DNA from: Planctomycetota bacterium
Lineage (GTDB): Bacteria; Planctomycetota; PLA2; JAEUHO01
Assembly: GCA_028281445.1 (NCBI GenBank)
Contig: JANQJW010000007.1
Span: 92,694-156,693 of the forward strand
Direction: 5' to 3'
Length of the DNA: 64,000 nt
How positions within the stretch are numbered: position 1 is the first letter of the stretch; every line of letters starts with the position of its first letter. This document shows, one piece after another, positions 8,500 through 17,601 of this stretch. Under the pieces are notes generated by a model that was given only the letters and a program-made list of their open reading frames with translations, did no database searches and was not told where the DNA came from. The position numbers and the translations under genes are program-made.

Positions 8500-10956
8500 A
8501 TGCGCTACCGCGCCCAGAGGAACCCCATGCCCGAGCCTGCCCCGCTGACCACCGAGATCCTGCGCTGGCGCTGCGATCCGGCTGCCTTCGCCTTCGAGAC
8601 CACCGACGAGGTCGAGCCCGAGAAGACGGTCATCGGCCAGGACGAAGCCGTCGAAGCGCTTCGCTTCGGACTCGAGACCAACGCCGCCGGCCAGAACGTC
8701 TTCGTGCGCGGGCTCACGGGCACCGGTCGATCGACCCTCGTTCGTGAAGTCCTCCAGACCATCCGGCCCAGCTGCGATCTGCCGTCGGACCGCTGCTACG
8801 TGTTCAACTTCGCGCAGCCCGACCGCCCGCGCCTCATCACCCTGGGGCGCGGCGAAGGCGGTCCTTTCCGTCGTCGCATGGACGACGTCATCCGGTTCAT
8901 CAAGGAGGACTTTGCGGAGGGGCTCAACTCCGATGTCGTCAAGGCGCGCGGCGCGGAGATCGAACGCAAGATCGCCGAAGAGATGAAGGAAGCCGCGCGT
9001 CCCTTCGAGGAGGAGTTGCGCGCCGCCGATCTGACCATGGTGATGATTCAGGTTGGCCCCGTGTCGCGGCAGATCCTCGCGCCGATCGTCGACGGCAAGC
9101 CGGCGCCGCCCGAGCGCGTCGAGGCGCTCCGCGCCGAGGGCAAGCTCACGGATGCCGAGATCGACGCGTTACGCGACAAGATCGCGGGCTTCACCGAGCG
9201 CATGCAAGATGTCAGCGAGACCATCCAGAAGATCCAGATGGAACGCGCCGAGTCGCTCGGCAACCTGCTCCAGGACGAAGCCCGTGCGCTGCTCGAGGGC
9301 GCCATCGCCGGCATCCGCAAGGCGTACCCGGGCAAGGACGTGAAGCGCTTCCTCGACGACGTGGTCGATGACGTGTTGGGCAAGCGCTTGGGCGAGCTGG
9401 CCGAGAACACGGTGTTCACCGAGCGCTATCGCGTGAACGTCGTGCTCACGCATGCCAAGGACGACCCGTGCCCGTCCATTGTCGAGCACGCGCCGTCCGT
9501 TCCGTCGCTCGTCGGCGCCATCGACCGCTCCGTCGGCGGCGAAGACGGCGTCGTCGCGCCGCAGATGATGATCCGCGGCGGGTCGTTGCTCGCGAGCGAC
9601 GGCGGTTTCCTCGTCCTCGAAGGCCGCGATGTGTTGTCCGAGCCCGGCGCGTGGAAGGCGCTGATCCGCACGCTGCGGACGAACACGATCGAGCTGGTTC
9701 CGCCGGAGCTGCCCGTGCCGTGGCAGATCCCCTCGCTCAAGCCCGAGCCGATCCCCGTCAACCTCAAGGTCGTGATGCTGGGCGACGCGCGCCTCTACTA
9801 CATGCTCGACTCCCTGGATCCGGACTTTCGCGATCACTTCAAGGTGCTGTCCGACTTCGACACCACGATCCCGCGCGACAACGACGGCGTGCAGCACTAC
9901 GCGCGGGTCATCGCTCGCATCGGCAAGCGCGAAGAACTCGCGCCGTTCGGGCGCGACGCCGTCGCGATGTTGTGCGAGCACGGCGCGCGTATCGCGGCGC
10001 AGGAGAACAAGCTCACGGCGCGCTTCGGCCGCCTGGCGGACCTCGCGCGTGAAGCGGCTTACCTCGCCGGGCAGGAGAGCGTGAAGCATGTCAGTGCCGA
10101 GCATGTGCGCAACGCCGTACGTCGTACGAAGAAGCGCGCTGATCTGCCCGCGCGGCGCTACCGCGAGATGATCGCCAAGGGGGCGATTCGCGTGGAGACG
10201 TGCGACACCGCGGTGGGGCAGGTGAACGCGCTGGCGGTGATGAGCGCTGGGCCGTTGACGTACGGATTCCCCAATCGGGTAACGGCCACCATCGGCCCGG
10301 GCTCGGCCGGAGCGATCAATATCGAGCGTGAAGCCGCGCTCAGCGGCGCGATCCACACGAAGGGGTTCTACATCCTCGGCGGCTTGCTCCGCTACCTGCT
10401 CCGGACGGAACACCCGCTGGCCTTCAGCGCGTCCGTCGCCTTCGAGCAGAGCTACGGCGGCATCGACGGCGACTCGGCTTCGGGTGCCGAGATGTGCTGC
10501 CTCTTGAGTGCGCTGACCGACGTTCCGATTCGTCAGGATCTCGCGATGACCGGTGCCATCGATCAGGTCGGGCACATCCTCCCGATCGGCGCGGTCAACG
10601 AGAAGATCGAGGGCTTCTTCGATGCGTGTAGCGACGTGTGCCTCACCGGTACGCAGGGCGTGATCATCCCCAAGACGAACGTCGGTGATCTCATGCTGCG
10701 CCAGGACGTCGTCGATGCGTGTGCGGAAGGCAAGTTCCACGTCTACGCGGTCGACACGATCCATGAAGCGCTGACGCTCTTCAGCGGACGCGAAGCGGGA
10801 CAGCGCGGTGATGACGGCGAGTATCCCGCGGACTCGTTGCTGGGCATCGCCGTCCAGAAGGCCCTCGAGTACTGGAAGAAGGCCATCGCCAAGGGCGTCT
10901 CATCCAGTGCCGAGGAGGAGGATGACGAGGACGCGCCGCGCGCCGGATTCCAGTAG
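8500..10956 (+). CDS. Lon-like ATP-dependent protease (LonC/COG1067-type): AAA-like domain with degenerate Walker A plus C-terminal Lon Ser-Lys protease domain
   Basis: 818 aa. The Walker A is 'GLTGTGRSTL' with Lys replaced by Arg. The C-terminus has the Lon_C motifs 'GDSASGAEMCCLLSAL' and 'PIGAVNEKIEG'. Confidence 0.8.
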   Translation: MRYRAQRNPMPEPAPLTTEILRWRCDPAAFAFETTDEVEPEKTVIGQDEAVEALRFGLETNAAGQNVFVRGLTGTGRSTLVREVLQTIRPSCDLPSDRCYVFNFAQPDRPRLITLGRGEGGPFRRRMDDVIRFIKEDFAEGLNSDVVKARGAEIERKIAEEMKEAARPFEEELRAADLTMVMIQVGPVSRQILAPIVDGKPAPPERVEALRAEGKLTDAEIDALRDKIAGFTERMQDVSETIQKIQMERAESLGNLLQDEARALLEGAIAGIRKAYPGKDVKRFLDDVVDDVLGKRLGELAENTVFTERYRVNVVLTHAKDDPCPSIVEHAPSVPSLVGAIDRSVGGEDGVVAPQMMIRGGSLLASDGGFLVLEGRDVLSEPGAWKALIRTLRTNTIELVPPELPVPWQIPSLKPEPIPVNLKVVMLGDARLYYMLDSLDPDFRDHFKVLSDFDTTIPRDNDGVQHYARVIARIGKREELAPFGRDAVAMLCEHGARIAAQENKLTARFGRLADLAREAAYLAGQESVKHVSAEHVRNAVRRTKKRADLPARRYREMIAKGAIRVETCDTAVGQVNALAVMSAGPLTYGFPNRVTATIGPGSAGAINIEREAALSGAIHTKGFYILGGLLRYLLRTEHPLAFSASVAFEQSYGGIDGDSASGAEMCCLLSALTDVPIRQDLAMTGAIDQVGHILPIGAVNEKIEGFFDACSDVCLTGTQGVIIPKTNVGDLMLRQDVVDACAEGKFHVYAVDTIHEALTLFSGREAGQRGDDGEYPADSLLGIAVQKALEYWKKAIAKGVSSSAEEEDDEDAPRAGFQ

Positions 10957-10974
10957 GCTGGCCGCCGAGAGGCG

Positions 10975-13900
10975 GTGGTGATGCGCGCGTGGATGGCGCT
11001 GTTGGCGGTTGCGTTCGCGGCCGGCTCTGCGTGGTGGTTCCTCTGGGACGAGCCCACGCCCGAGCCGGTGCCGGACCTTGCGGATGTCGAGACGCCCGGC
11101 GACGTCGAGGCCGCGCCGGTCCTCGAGGGGGCGGCGCGTACCGACCCGGTCGTGGAGGCCGGCGAAGGGCGGTTCTCGATCGCCGGCGTCGTGGTCGACA
11201 AGCAGGACAACCCGGTCGCCGGCGTCCCGGTCGAGCTGTGGCGAGGTAGCCTCGCGTGGCCGGGACAGGGCTACAGGGCCGTGCTCGAGACCAACGTCGT
11301 CAGCGTGCGTTCCCGCGCGACCGCATTGCGCAGTGGCCGATCGCACACGGACGTGCGCGTGGCGCAGGGCATGTCAGGCAGCGACGGGCGCTTTGCGTTC
11401 CGCGTGGATCGAGCGCAGTACCACACGGTCTACGCGCGACCCGCAGCGCCGAAGACGGGTAGCTACGTGTCCACACACCTGGCTCCCACCCTGAGCCCCT
11501 CGGTCGACGTCAAGGTCCGGGTCTACGAAGGCGTACCGCTTCGCGGGCGCGTCGTCGATGGGCAGGACAAGCCGGCTCAGGCCGAAGTCAAGGCGCTCTA
11601 CAAGAACGAGTGGAGCGGCCAGGTCGATACCGACAAGGCGACGGGGGCGTTCGCGTTGGAAGCCGTGCCCGACGGCAAGCTCCGGTTCTTCGTGACGCTG
11701 CCGGAGGGGCGGCAGTACCAGGGCTTCCATGCGTCGCCACCGTTCGACGAGGTCGTCCTGCGGCTCCCCGACGACGGCGGCTCGATCCACGGCACCGTCA
11801 CATCGCCGGATGGCGCAGCGGTCCCCGGTGCCCTCGTCTTGCTTCGTCTCCAGCTCCCGGGAGATCCCAAGCTCCGAGAACGCGTCGAGCTGGCGGCCCG
11901 GAGCGATGCGCAAGGCTGCTTTGCGTTCGAGGGCTTGCCGGCGGGGGAGGTCATCGGCACGCAAGCCCATGCCGAGGGGTTCCTGGCGCTCTCGCAGTAC
12001 GCCGGGCGCGCCGGCTTCGCGGCGATTCCTCTTGCGAAGGGGGAGACGGCGACCGTCGACATCACACTCCGACGCGGCTCGGTCGTGCACGGTCGTGTGA
12101 CGCGCAAGGACGAAGACACACCGGTCCAGGACGCGACCGTCACGCTCTACTACCTCGGCTTCCACCCGCCCCAGGAGATCACCTGCACGACGGACGCCGA
12201 TGGGCGGTATCGCTTCGAGAAGATCGGCGACGGGCGCTTCATGGTGCTCGCAGTGCATCCGCAGCACTTCATTCCGGAGATCGAGGCCGCCCGTGGGCAG
12301 CCGTTGGCGTCCGGCCGGCGCTCGCCGCCGCCGCACCTCGCGCTCGATCTGAAGACCGATAGCACGGTCGAACGGAACATCGTGCTCGTGCCGGGTGTAC
12401 GGATGAGCGGCGTCGTCCTCGGGCCCGATGAGAAGCCTGCGCCCGGCGCGCACATCTTCCTGAAGGACTACGGCTTGCGGTCCGTGAGCCACGGCTGGGG
12501 CGTCAACTTCCACGGCCAGGAGGAGGGCGTCGCGGTCAGCGGGGAAGACGGCCGCTTTGCGCTCGATGGGCTGCCGCCGCGCGTCGACTGGGTGCTCTTC
12601 GCGCGCAAGGTGGGAACGGCCGCGCTGTACACCGAGCCCATCGGGCTCGACGACGGGCCTCGGCACGACGTCGTGGTGCGCCTGGCGGCGCAGTGCATCG
12701 TGCGGGGTCGCGTACTCGACGACAATGGTGAGCCGCTTGCTGGGAAGCACGTCTACGTCACCGGATTCTCGGCACTGCGCGGCGGGTCGTGGAAATTCAC
12801 CACGCAGGCAGACGGCAGCTTCGAGCTGCACAGCCTGCCCGCGAACAAGCTGAACATCTCGACGAGCCACCAGAAGCAGCGCATCCAGAAGCAGGTCGTG
12901 CTGAAGGACGCGGGGGAGATCATCGAGGGCCTCGAGCTTCGGTTCGGCACGCTCGCCGAGATCCGTGGCGTCGTTCGTACGAGCCGCGGCGCCCCGCTTG
13001 CCAAGCTCCAGGTGATGACGACCCGCGCCGACGGGTTGTTCGAGACTCGCGAAGCCCGGACGGATGCCCAGGGGCGCTTTCGCATCACCAACGTCACGCC
13101 GGGCAAGGTCTACCTCTCGGTCGCAGTACAGAGCGGAAGGAGCCGGAAGCACGTCACCGGCGTGATCGAGGCGCCGGCGCGGAATGTCGAGATCACCTAC
13201 GACATCCCCACGCTCACGAAGCTCAAGGGGGAGGTGCTGCTGCCCGATGGCCAGCCGCTACCGCTCGGCAAGGTGCAGACGTGGTCGAACGACAACAAGG
13301 GGACACGACCTCGCGAGTTCCGCAACGGACGCTTCGACATCGAGGTCGAGGGCAAGCCGCCGTATCGCGTGACGATCTCCGAGCCGCGCGGCGCCGACGG
13401 CACTCGGTTGGACGTGCAGCGCGGCTACGCGAACGTGAGCGATCCCGCCCGAGCCGTCACGATTCGCCTCCAGGCAGGCGTCGGCATCGCGGGACGCATC
13501 GTGGGGGAGAACGGAAAGGGCATCGTTGGTGTGTCGGTCCAGAGCATGGGTTCGAGTGTCCGCACGGACATGGACGGCGAGTGGAAGCTCACGGGGCTCG
13601 TCCCCGGCAGAGTGCCCGTCGTGATCCAGCCGCCGCAGGGTTTCATCCCGCCGGGACGGATCGTGGTCGACACCGGCACGATGGACATCGTGACGACGCT
13701 CAAGAAGGGCCTCTCGATCGGCGGGCGCGCGGTCGTGCCGGAGGGCGTCAAGCTCCAGGGGGGGCAGGTGACGGCGCGCTGGACACGTCACGGCACCTTC
13801 GGCTCGGGCCAGGCGCGGGGCCGGATCATGGAGAACGGCGCATTCACGATCCTGGGCGTGCCGCCGGGCGCGACCGTGCGCCTCGAGGCGCGGCTCTGGC

Positions 13901-14739
13901 AGAGGCAGGACGTGGAAGACAAGCTCGCGCCGGTGACGGTGGAGACGGTCAAGGCGGGACGCAAGGACGTCGTGATCGAGTTCGCGCCGGGTGTCTCCGT
14001 GTCCGGCACCGTGCACAAGGCCGACGGAACGCCGCTCGCCGACGGTGGCGTGTCCTTGCAACAGGCCTTGAGCAGGAACTCAGGCTACGGCGCTACCGAC
14101 AAGGAAGGGCGCTTCGAAGTCGGTGGGCTGCGCCCGGGCACCTACATGCTGCACGTGTTCATGGGTGGCAAGCACCTAGGCGCGATGCGCGAGATCACGG
14201 TGCCCGCCACGGGTCTGCGCATCGTGTTGCCCGACAAGGGCTCGATCGCAGGCACTCTCCTCGGGATGCCATCAGGCGAGCGGTGGATCGTGAAGCCGAT
14301 CGACCCCGAGACAGGCATGCCCTTGGCCAACGTACGGGCCAACGTCTCGGCCGACGGGACGTGGACGCTCGACGCCGTCGACAAGGGCAGGAAGTGGATC
14401 GTGCTCGCGCGCTCCAGCGGCGGGAAGAGCGACCACTACGCGCGCAGTGCACCGGTCCAGGTCGGGACGACGGGCCTCGAGCTGAGGCTGGAGACGGGCG
14501 TGTCGATCACGGGGCGCGTCGTTCACGACGGCCTCGGGCTGGCCGACTGTTCCGTCCACGCCGTCGGTCCGGGGTGGTCTTCCTTCGCAGCCACGGACGG
14601 CGGTGGGGAGTTCGTCCTGCGCGGGGTTGCACCGGGACGCTACAAGCTCCACGTGCGGCACTTCACGCTCAACATCGAGGCGAAGCGGGAAGACGTCGAG
14701 GCCGGTGCGACCGGCGTCGAGATCAAGATGGGGCAGTAG
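10975..14739 (+). CDS. secreted giant protein with 12 or more tandem carboxypeptidase regulatory-like domains
   Basis: 1254 aa with an N-terminal signal/TM. It carries repeated 'GRV(V/T).....G.P..GA.V.L' units, for example GRVVDGQDKP, GRVTRKDEDTPVQDATVTL and GRVLDDNGEPLAGKHVYV. It starts 19 nt after the Lon-like gene. Confidence 0.75.
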   Translation: MVMRAWMALLAVAFAAGSAWWFLWDEPTPEPVPDLADVETPGDVEAAPVLEGAARTDPVVEAGEGRFSIAGVVVDKQDNPVAGVPVELWRGSLAWPGQGYRAVLETNVVSVRSRATALRSGRSHTDVRVAQGMSGSDGRFAFRVDRAQYHTVYARPAAPKTGSYVSTHLAPTLSPSVDVKVRVYEGVPLRGRVVDGQDKPAQAEVKALYKNEWSGQVDTDKATGAFALEAVPDGKLRFFVTLPEGRQYQGFHASPPFDEVVLRLPDDGGSIHGTVTSPDGAAVPGALVLLRLQLPGDPKLRERVELAARSDAQGCFAFEGLPAGEVIGTQAHAEGFLALSQYAGRAGFAAIPLAKGETATVDITLRRGSVVHGRVTRKDEDTPVQDATVTLYYLGFHPPQEITCTTDADGRYRFEKIGDGRFMVLAVHPQHFIPEIEAARGQPLASGRRSPPPHLALDLKTDSTVERNIVLVPGVRMSGVVLGPDEKPAPGAHIFLKDYGLRSVSHGWGVNFHGQEEGVAVSGEDGRFALDGLPPRVDWVLFARKVGTAALYTEPIGLDDGPRHDVVVRLAAQCIVRGRVLDDNGEPLAGKHVYVTGFSALRGGSWKFTTQADGSFELHSLPANKLNISTSHQKQRIQKQVVLKDAGEIIEGLELRFGTLAEIRGVVRTSRGAPLAKLQVMTTRADGLFETREARTDAQGRFRITNVTPGKVYLSVAVQSGRSRKHVTGVIEAPARNVEITYDIPTLTKLKGEVLLPDGQPLPLGKVQTWSNDNKGTRPREFRNGRFDIEVEGKPPYRVTISEPRGADGTRLDVQRGYANVSDPARAVTIRLQAGVGIAGRIVGENGKGIVGVSVQSMGSSVRTDMDGEWKLTGLVPGRVPVVIQPPQGFIPPGRIVVDTGTMDIVTTLKKGLSIGGRAVVPEGVKLQGGQVTARWTRHGTFGSGQARGRIMENGAFTILGVPPGATVRLEARLWQRQDVEDKLAPVTVETVKAGRKDVVIEFAPGVSVSGTVHKADGTPLADGGVSLQQALSRNSGYGATDKEGRFEVGGLRPGTYMLHVFMGGKHLGAMREITVPATGLRIVLPDKGSIAGTLLGMPSGERWIVKPIDPETGMPLANVRANVSADGTWTLDAVDKGRKWIVLARSSGGKSDHYARSAPVQVGTTGLELRLETGVSITGRVVHDGLGLADCSVHAVGPGWSSFAATDGGGEFVLRGVAPGRYKLHVRHFTLNIEAKREDVEAGATGVEIKMGQ

Positions 14740-14803
14740 GCCCACGGCCGCGGGCGACGCTCTGGGGCGATGGATGCGCGAAGCCGAGTATCCAGGGAGT
14801 CGC

Positions 14804-16243
14804 CTAGGGCTTGGTGATGCGGTAGATGCCTGTAAACGTGGAGACGAGCAGCGAGCCGTCGGGCTCCATGCAGATGTCCAGCGCGCGATTGTCTTCGCTG
14901 CCGTCGAACTCGGCGAACTCCGACTCGTCGTCGATGTCCACGAACGCAGCACCCGACATCTCGAAGCGCTCGATCGTGTGATCGTACGTCGCGATGAAGA
15001 GGTCGTTGTTGTACTCCGTGCCCCAGCCGACGCCGGTGTGCCAGCACATGCCGGTCGGCACGATCACGGTCTGCCAGTTGCGGATCTTCAGGCCCCGCGT
15101 CGCCGGCGGCACGTTCGCGTTCTCCCACTCGAAGTTCTTGCCTGCGGCGAGGAAGTTCAGCTCGTCGTCGGCGGCCGGTCCGTTGTCGGCGCCGAACAGG
15201 TCGCCGGTCACCGGATGGGTCGCCATGCCGAACGTGTTGCGCAAGCCGCGGCACCACTCGGGGTCGTTCGCGGTCGGGTTTCCGGCGGCCGCCGTGGCCG
15301 GCAGGGAGCTCACGTCGTAGCGCAGGACCTTGCCGGCGAGCGAGGTGCTCGTGTCGGCCTGCGCGTTCGCGGGCGTCTGGACGTCGCCGAGGCTGACGAA
15401 GAGCATGCCCAGGTCGTCGAAGAGGATCTCACCGCCGTTGTTGACACCGCCGGGCGGCGCGATCGGGAGGTCGTCCAGCACGGTCATCTCGTTCGTGGCA
15501 ACGTTGCTCGCTTCGGTCCAGCGGAAGATCTTCGACCGGTCCGACTGCTGCCCTTCGGCGGGCACGGTTGCGAGGGCATAGACGAAGCCGTTCGTCGTGA
15601 AGTCGGGGTCGAGCGCAAGGCCCAGCAGCCCGAAGTGGCCCGTCGTCAGCACGTTGACCGTGACGAACGGCGTCGCGAGCAGGTTGCCCTGCGCGTCGAT
15701 GATCCGGATGTTGCCCGTGTCGACTTCGGTGAAGAAGATCCGGCCGTCCGGGGCGCGCGCGAGCTTGCCGATCCTCAGGGCGTTGTCCTGGTAGACGACC
15801 TCGGCGTCGAAACCGTCCTCGAGGTGCAGGAACGCCGCCGGGAGGGCTGCGCCGACTGCGATGTTGATGATCGCCTGCGTCGAACCGCCCTCGTTGGTCG
15901 CAGTGATCGTGTGGTCCGTTGCCGCGCTCATGGCGGTGGGCGTCCCCGTGATCGCGCCCGTGGTCGTGTCGAAGCTCAAGCCCGCCACGAGGGCCGGGGC
16001 GATCGAGAACGAGTCGACCGGGTCTCCGCCGGCCAGCGACGCCGTGTTGGGCGTGATCGCTTTGTCCATGCGGTATTGGCCGGGATTCGCGCTGTAGGTC
16101 AGACCCGTCGGCGCGTCCACGGTGTCATCGGGCGGCGGCGGGGGGGTGCCGTTCCCCCCGCCGCTGCCGCAGGCGACTGCCACTGCCAGGTAGGAGAGCA
16201 GGCAGATCGCCTTCAGGAAGTGATTGCACCCCATGTCGCGCAT
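14804..16243 (-). CDS. lipoprotein with N-terminal putative-Ig (He_PIG-like) domain and soluble glucose/sorbosone dehydrogenase-like beta-propeller
   Basis: 479 aa with lipobox 'LAVAVACGSG'. It has a 'TGLTYSANPG...TGAITGTP...TITATNEGG' Ig-like segment, then the propeller motifs 'HFGLLGLALDPDF' and 'GGEILFDDLGMLFVSLGD'. Its start overlaps the DUF1501 stop. Confidence 0.7.
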   Translation of the reverse strand: MRDMGCNHFLKAICLLSYLAVAVACGSGGGNGTPPPPPDDTVDAPTGLTYSANPGQYRMDKAITPNTASLAGGDPVDSFSIAPALVAGLSFDTTTGAITGTPTAMSAATDHTITATNEGGSTQAIINIAVGAALPAAFLHLEDGFDAEVVYQDNALRIGKLARAPDGRIFFTEVDTGNIRIIDAQGNLLATPFVTVNVLTTGHFGLLGLALDPDFTTNGFVYALATVPAEGQQSDRSKIFRWTEASNVATNEMTVLDDLPIAPPGGVNNGGEILFDDLGMLFVSLGDVQTPANAQADTSTSLAGKVLRYDVSSLPATAAAGNPTANDPEWCRGLRNTFGMATHPVTGDLFGADNGPAADDELNFLAAGKNFEWENANVPPATRGLKIRNWQTVIVPTGMCWHTGVGWGTEYNNDLFIATYDHTIERFEMSGAAFVDIDDESEFAEFDGSEDNRALDICMEPDGSLLVSTFTGIYRITKP

Positions 16244-17583
16244 CAGGCGATGAACGACAACGGGGTGTCGATGTCCTGTGGCTCCGGGAACACCGTGTTC
16301 GCCGCACCGCCGAGATGGCTACTCACCACCTCCTTGAAGATGTCGCGGTAGTCCGTGGTGTAGCCCAGCCAGCGGGTTGCCTGCGTATCCGCGAGGTCGG
16401 CCTCGGTGATCTCGTCGCCGTAGAGGCCGCCTTGCACGCCGCCGCCGATGGCGAAGAACGTGTTGCCGTGGCCGTGGTCCGTTCCGGTGGAGCCGTTCAT
16501 CTTCGTACGGCGCCCGAACTCGGTCGAGATCAGGATCACCATGTCGTTCCAGACGCCCATGGTCTCGCAGTCGTCCTTGAACGTGCCGATGGCCGAGTCG
16601 AGCCGCGAGATCAGGTTGGACTGGTTGCCGGTCGGGCCACCCTGGTTGCCGTGGGTGTCCCAGCCGCCGATGCCCGTCATCATGACCTCGGTATCGAAGC
16701 CGCCGTGGATCAACACCGCCGCGTCGCGCATGTACCGGCCGGGCGAGTTGTTCGCGTAGCCGTTGCCGACGGTTGCGTCGTTGTTGAAGTCCGCGAGCGC
16801 GGTCTGGATCTGGTCGGCCAGCGTGTAGCCCTGGTCCAGCGCGTCCTTGGCCTCCGTGGAGATCGTGTCGCCTGAGTAGGACGCGAGGACCGCCTTGGCC
16901 GCCTCGAGGCGGTGCATGTGGTCGCCGTCCGAGATGCTCGAGTCGCTGTAGTCGAAGTTCTGCAGCCTCGACGAGATCAGCGGATTGGTGGAACCACCTA
17001 CGAAGTCCAACGCGCGACCGATGCCCAGCGCGGCGGCGCCCGTGGACGTCTGCGCGTAGCTGTCGGCGTACCGCGCAATCCAGCCGCTCGGATCGACGCC
17101 GGGGATGTTCTCGAAGTCCCCGCGGACGCCCCAGCTGTGGACGTCCTGGCTGATGAAGTGGCTGAGGTTGGCGTTCGGATACCCGACCTTGCGGAAGATC
17201 GCGACCTGGCCGTCGTCCCAGAGGCCCTTCACCCGCGTGAAGCTGGGGTGCAGGCCGTAGGAGCTCTCGCCCGTCTGACCCGGGGTCAGATCGAGCGCGT
17301 CGTTCGGCTGGATGGCGATGTCGGTGTTGGGGTTGTAGTTGTTCGAGTCGACCATCCGGAGGTCGTAGTAGTTGCTGTTGTCGGTCGGAACCAGGAGGTT
17401 CAGGCCGTCGTAGCCGCCGTATCCGAAGATCGAGAGCACGCGCTTGTGGTTGGCGAGGGGAACACCCGCGGCCTCGCGGATGCCTAGTCCTAGCGGACCG
17501 AGCGCTGCGATGCCGGCACCCGCCAGCGAGTACTTCAGGATGTCTCTACGTGAGACGTTCTTGTTCAAGTGACGCTTGCACAT
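16243..17583 (-). CDS. DUF1501 family protein (sulfatase/alkaline-phosphatase-like fold), Tat signal
   Basis: 446 aa with the twin-arginine signal 'SRRDILKYSLAGAGIAAL' and DUF1501 hallmarks including 'GGWDTHGNQ' and 'GTDHGHGN'. Confidence 0.85.
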   Translation of the reverse strand: MCKRHLNKNVSRRDILKYSLAGAGIAALGPLGLGIREAAGVPLANHKRVLSIFGYGGYDGLNLLVPTDNSNYYDLRMVDSNNYNPNTDIAIQPNDALDLTPGQTGESSYGLHPSFTRVKGLWDDGQVAIFRKVGYPNANLSHFISQDVHSWGVRGDFENIPGVDPSGWIARYADSYAQTSTGAAALGIGRALDFVGGSTNPLISSRLQNFDYSDSSISDGDHMHRLEAAKAVLASYSGDTISTEAKDALDQGYTLADQIQTALADFNNDATVGNGYANNSPGRYMRDAAVLIHGGFDTEVMMTGIGGWDTHGNQGGPTGNQSNLISRLDSAIGTFKDDCETMGVWNDMVILISTEFGRRTKMNGSTGTDHGHGNTFFAIGGGVQGGLYGDEITEADLADTQATRWLGYTTDYRDIFKEVVSSHLGGAANTVFPEPQDIDTPLSFIA

Positions 17584-17601
17584 AGTTTTTCTCCTTTCCT
17601 G

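Noticed and set aside
8500-10956. Lon-like protease considered as BREX BrxL or another defence-island component
   Set aside because: No BrxA/B/C, PglX/PglZ, methyltransferase or helicase genes are nearby. The domain order (degenerate AAA-like plus Lon_C) fits stand-alone LonC-type proteases
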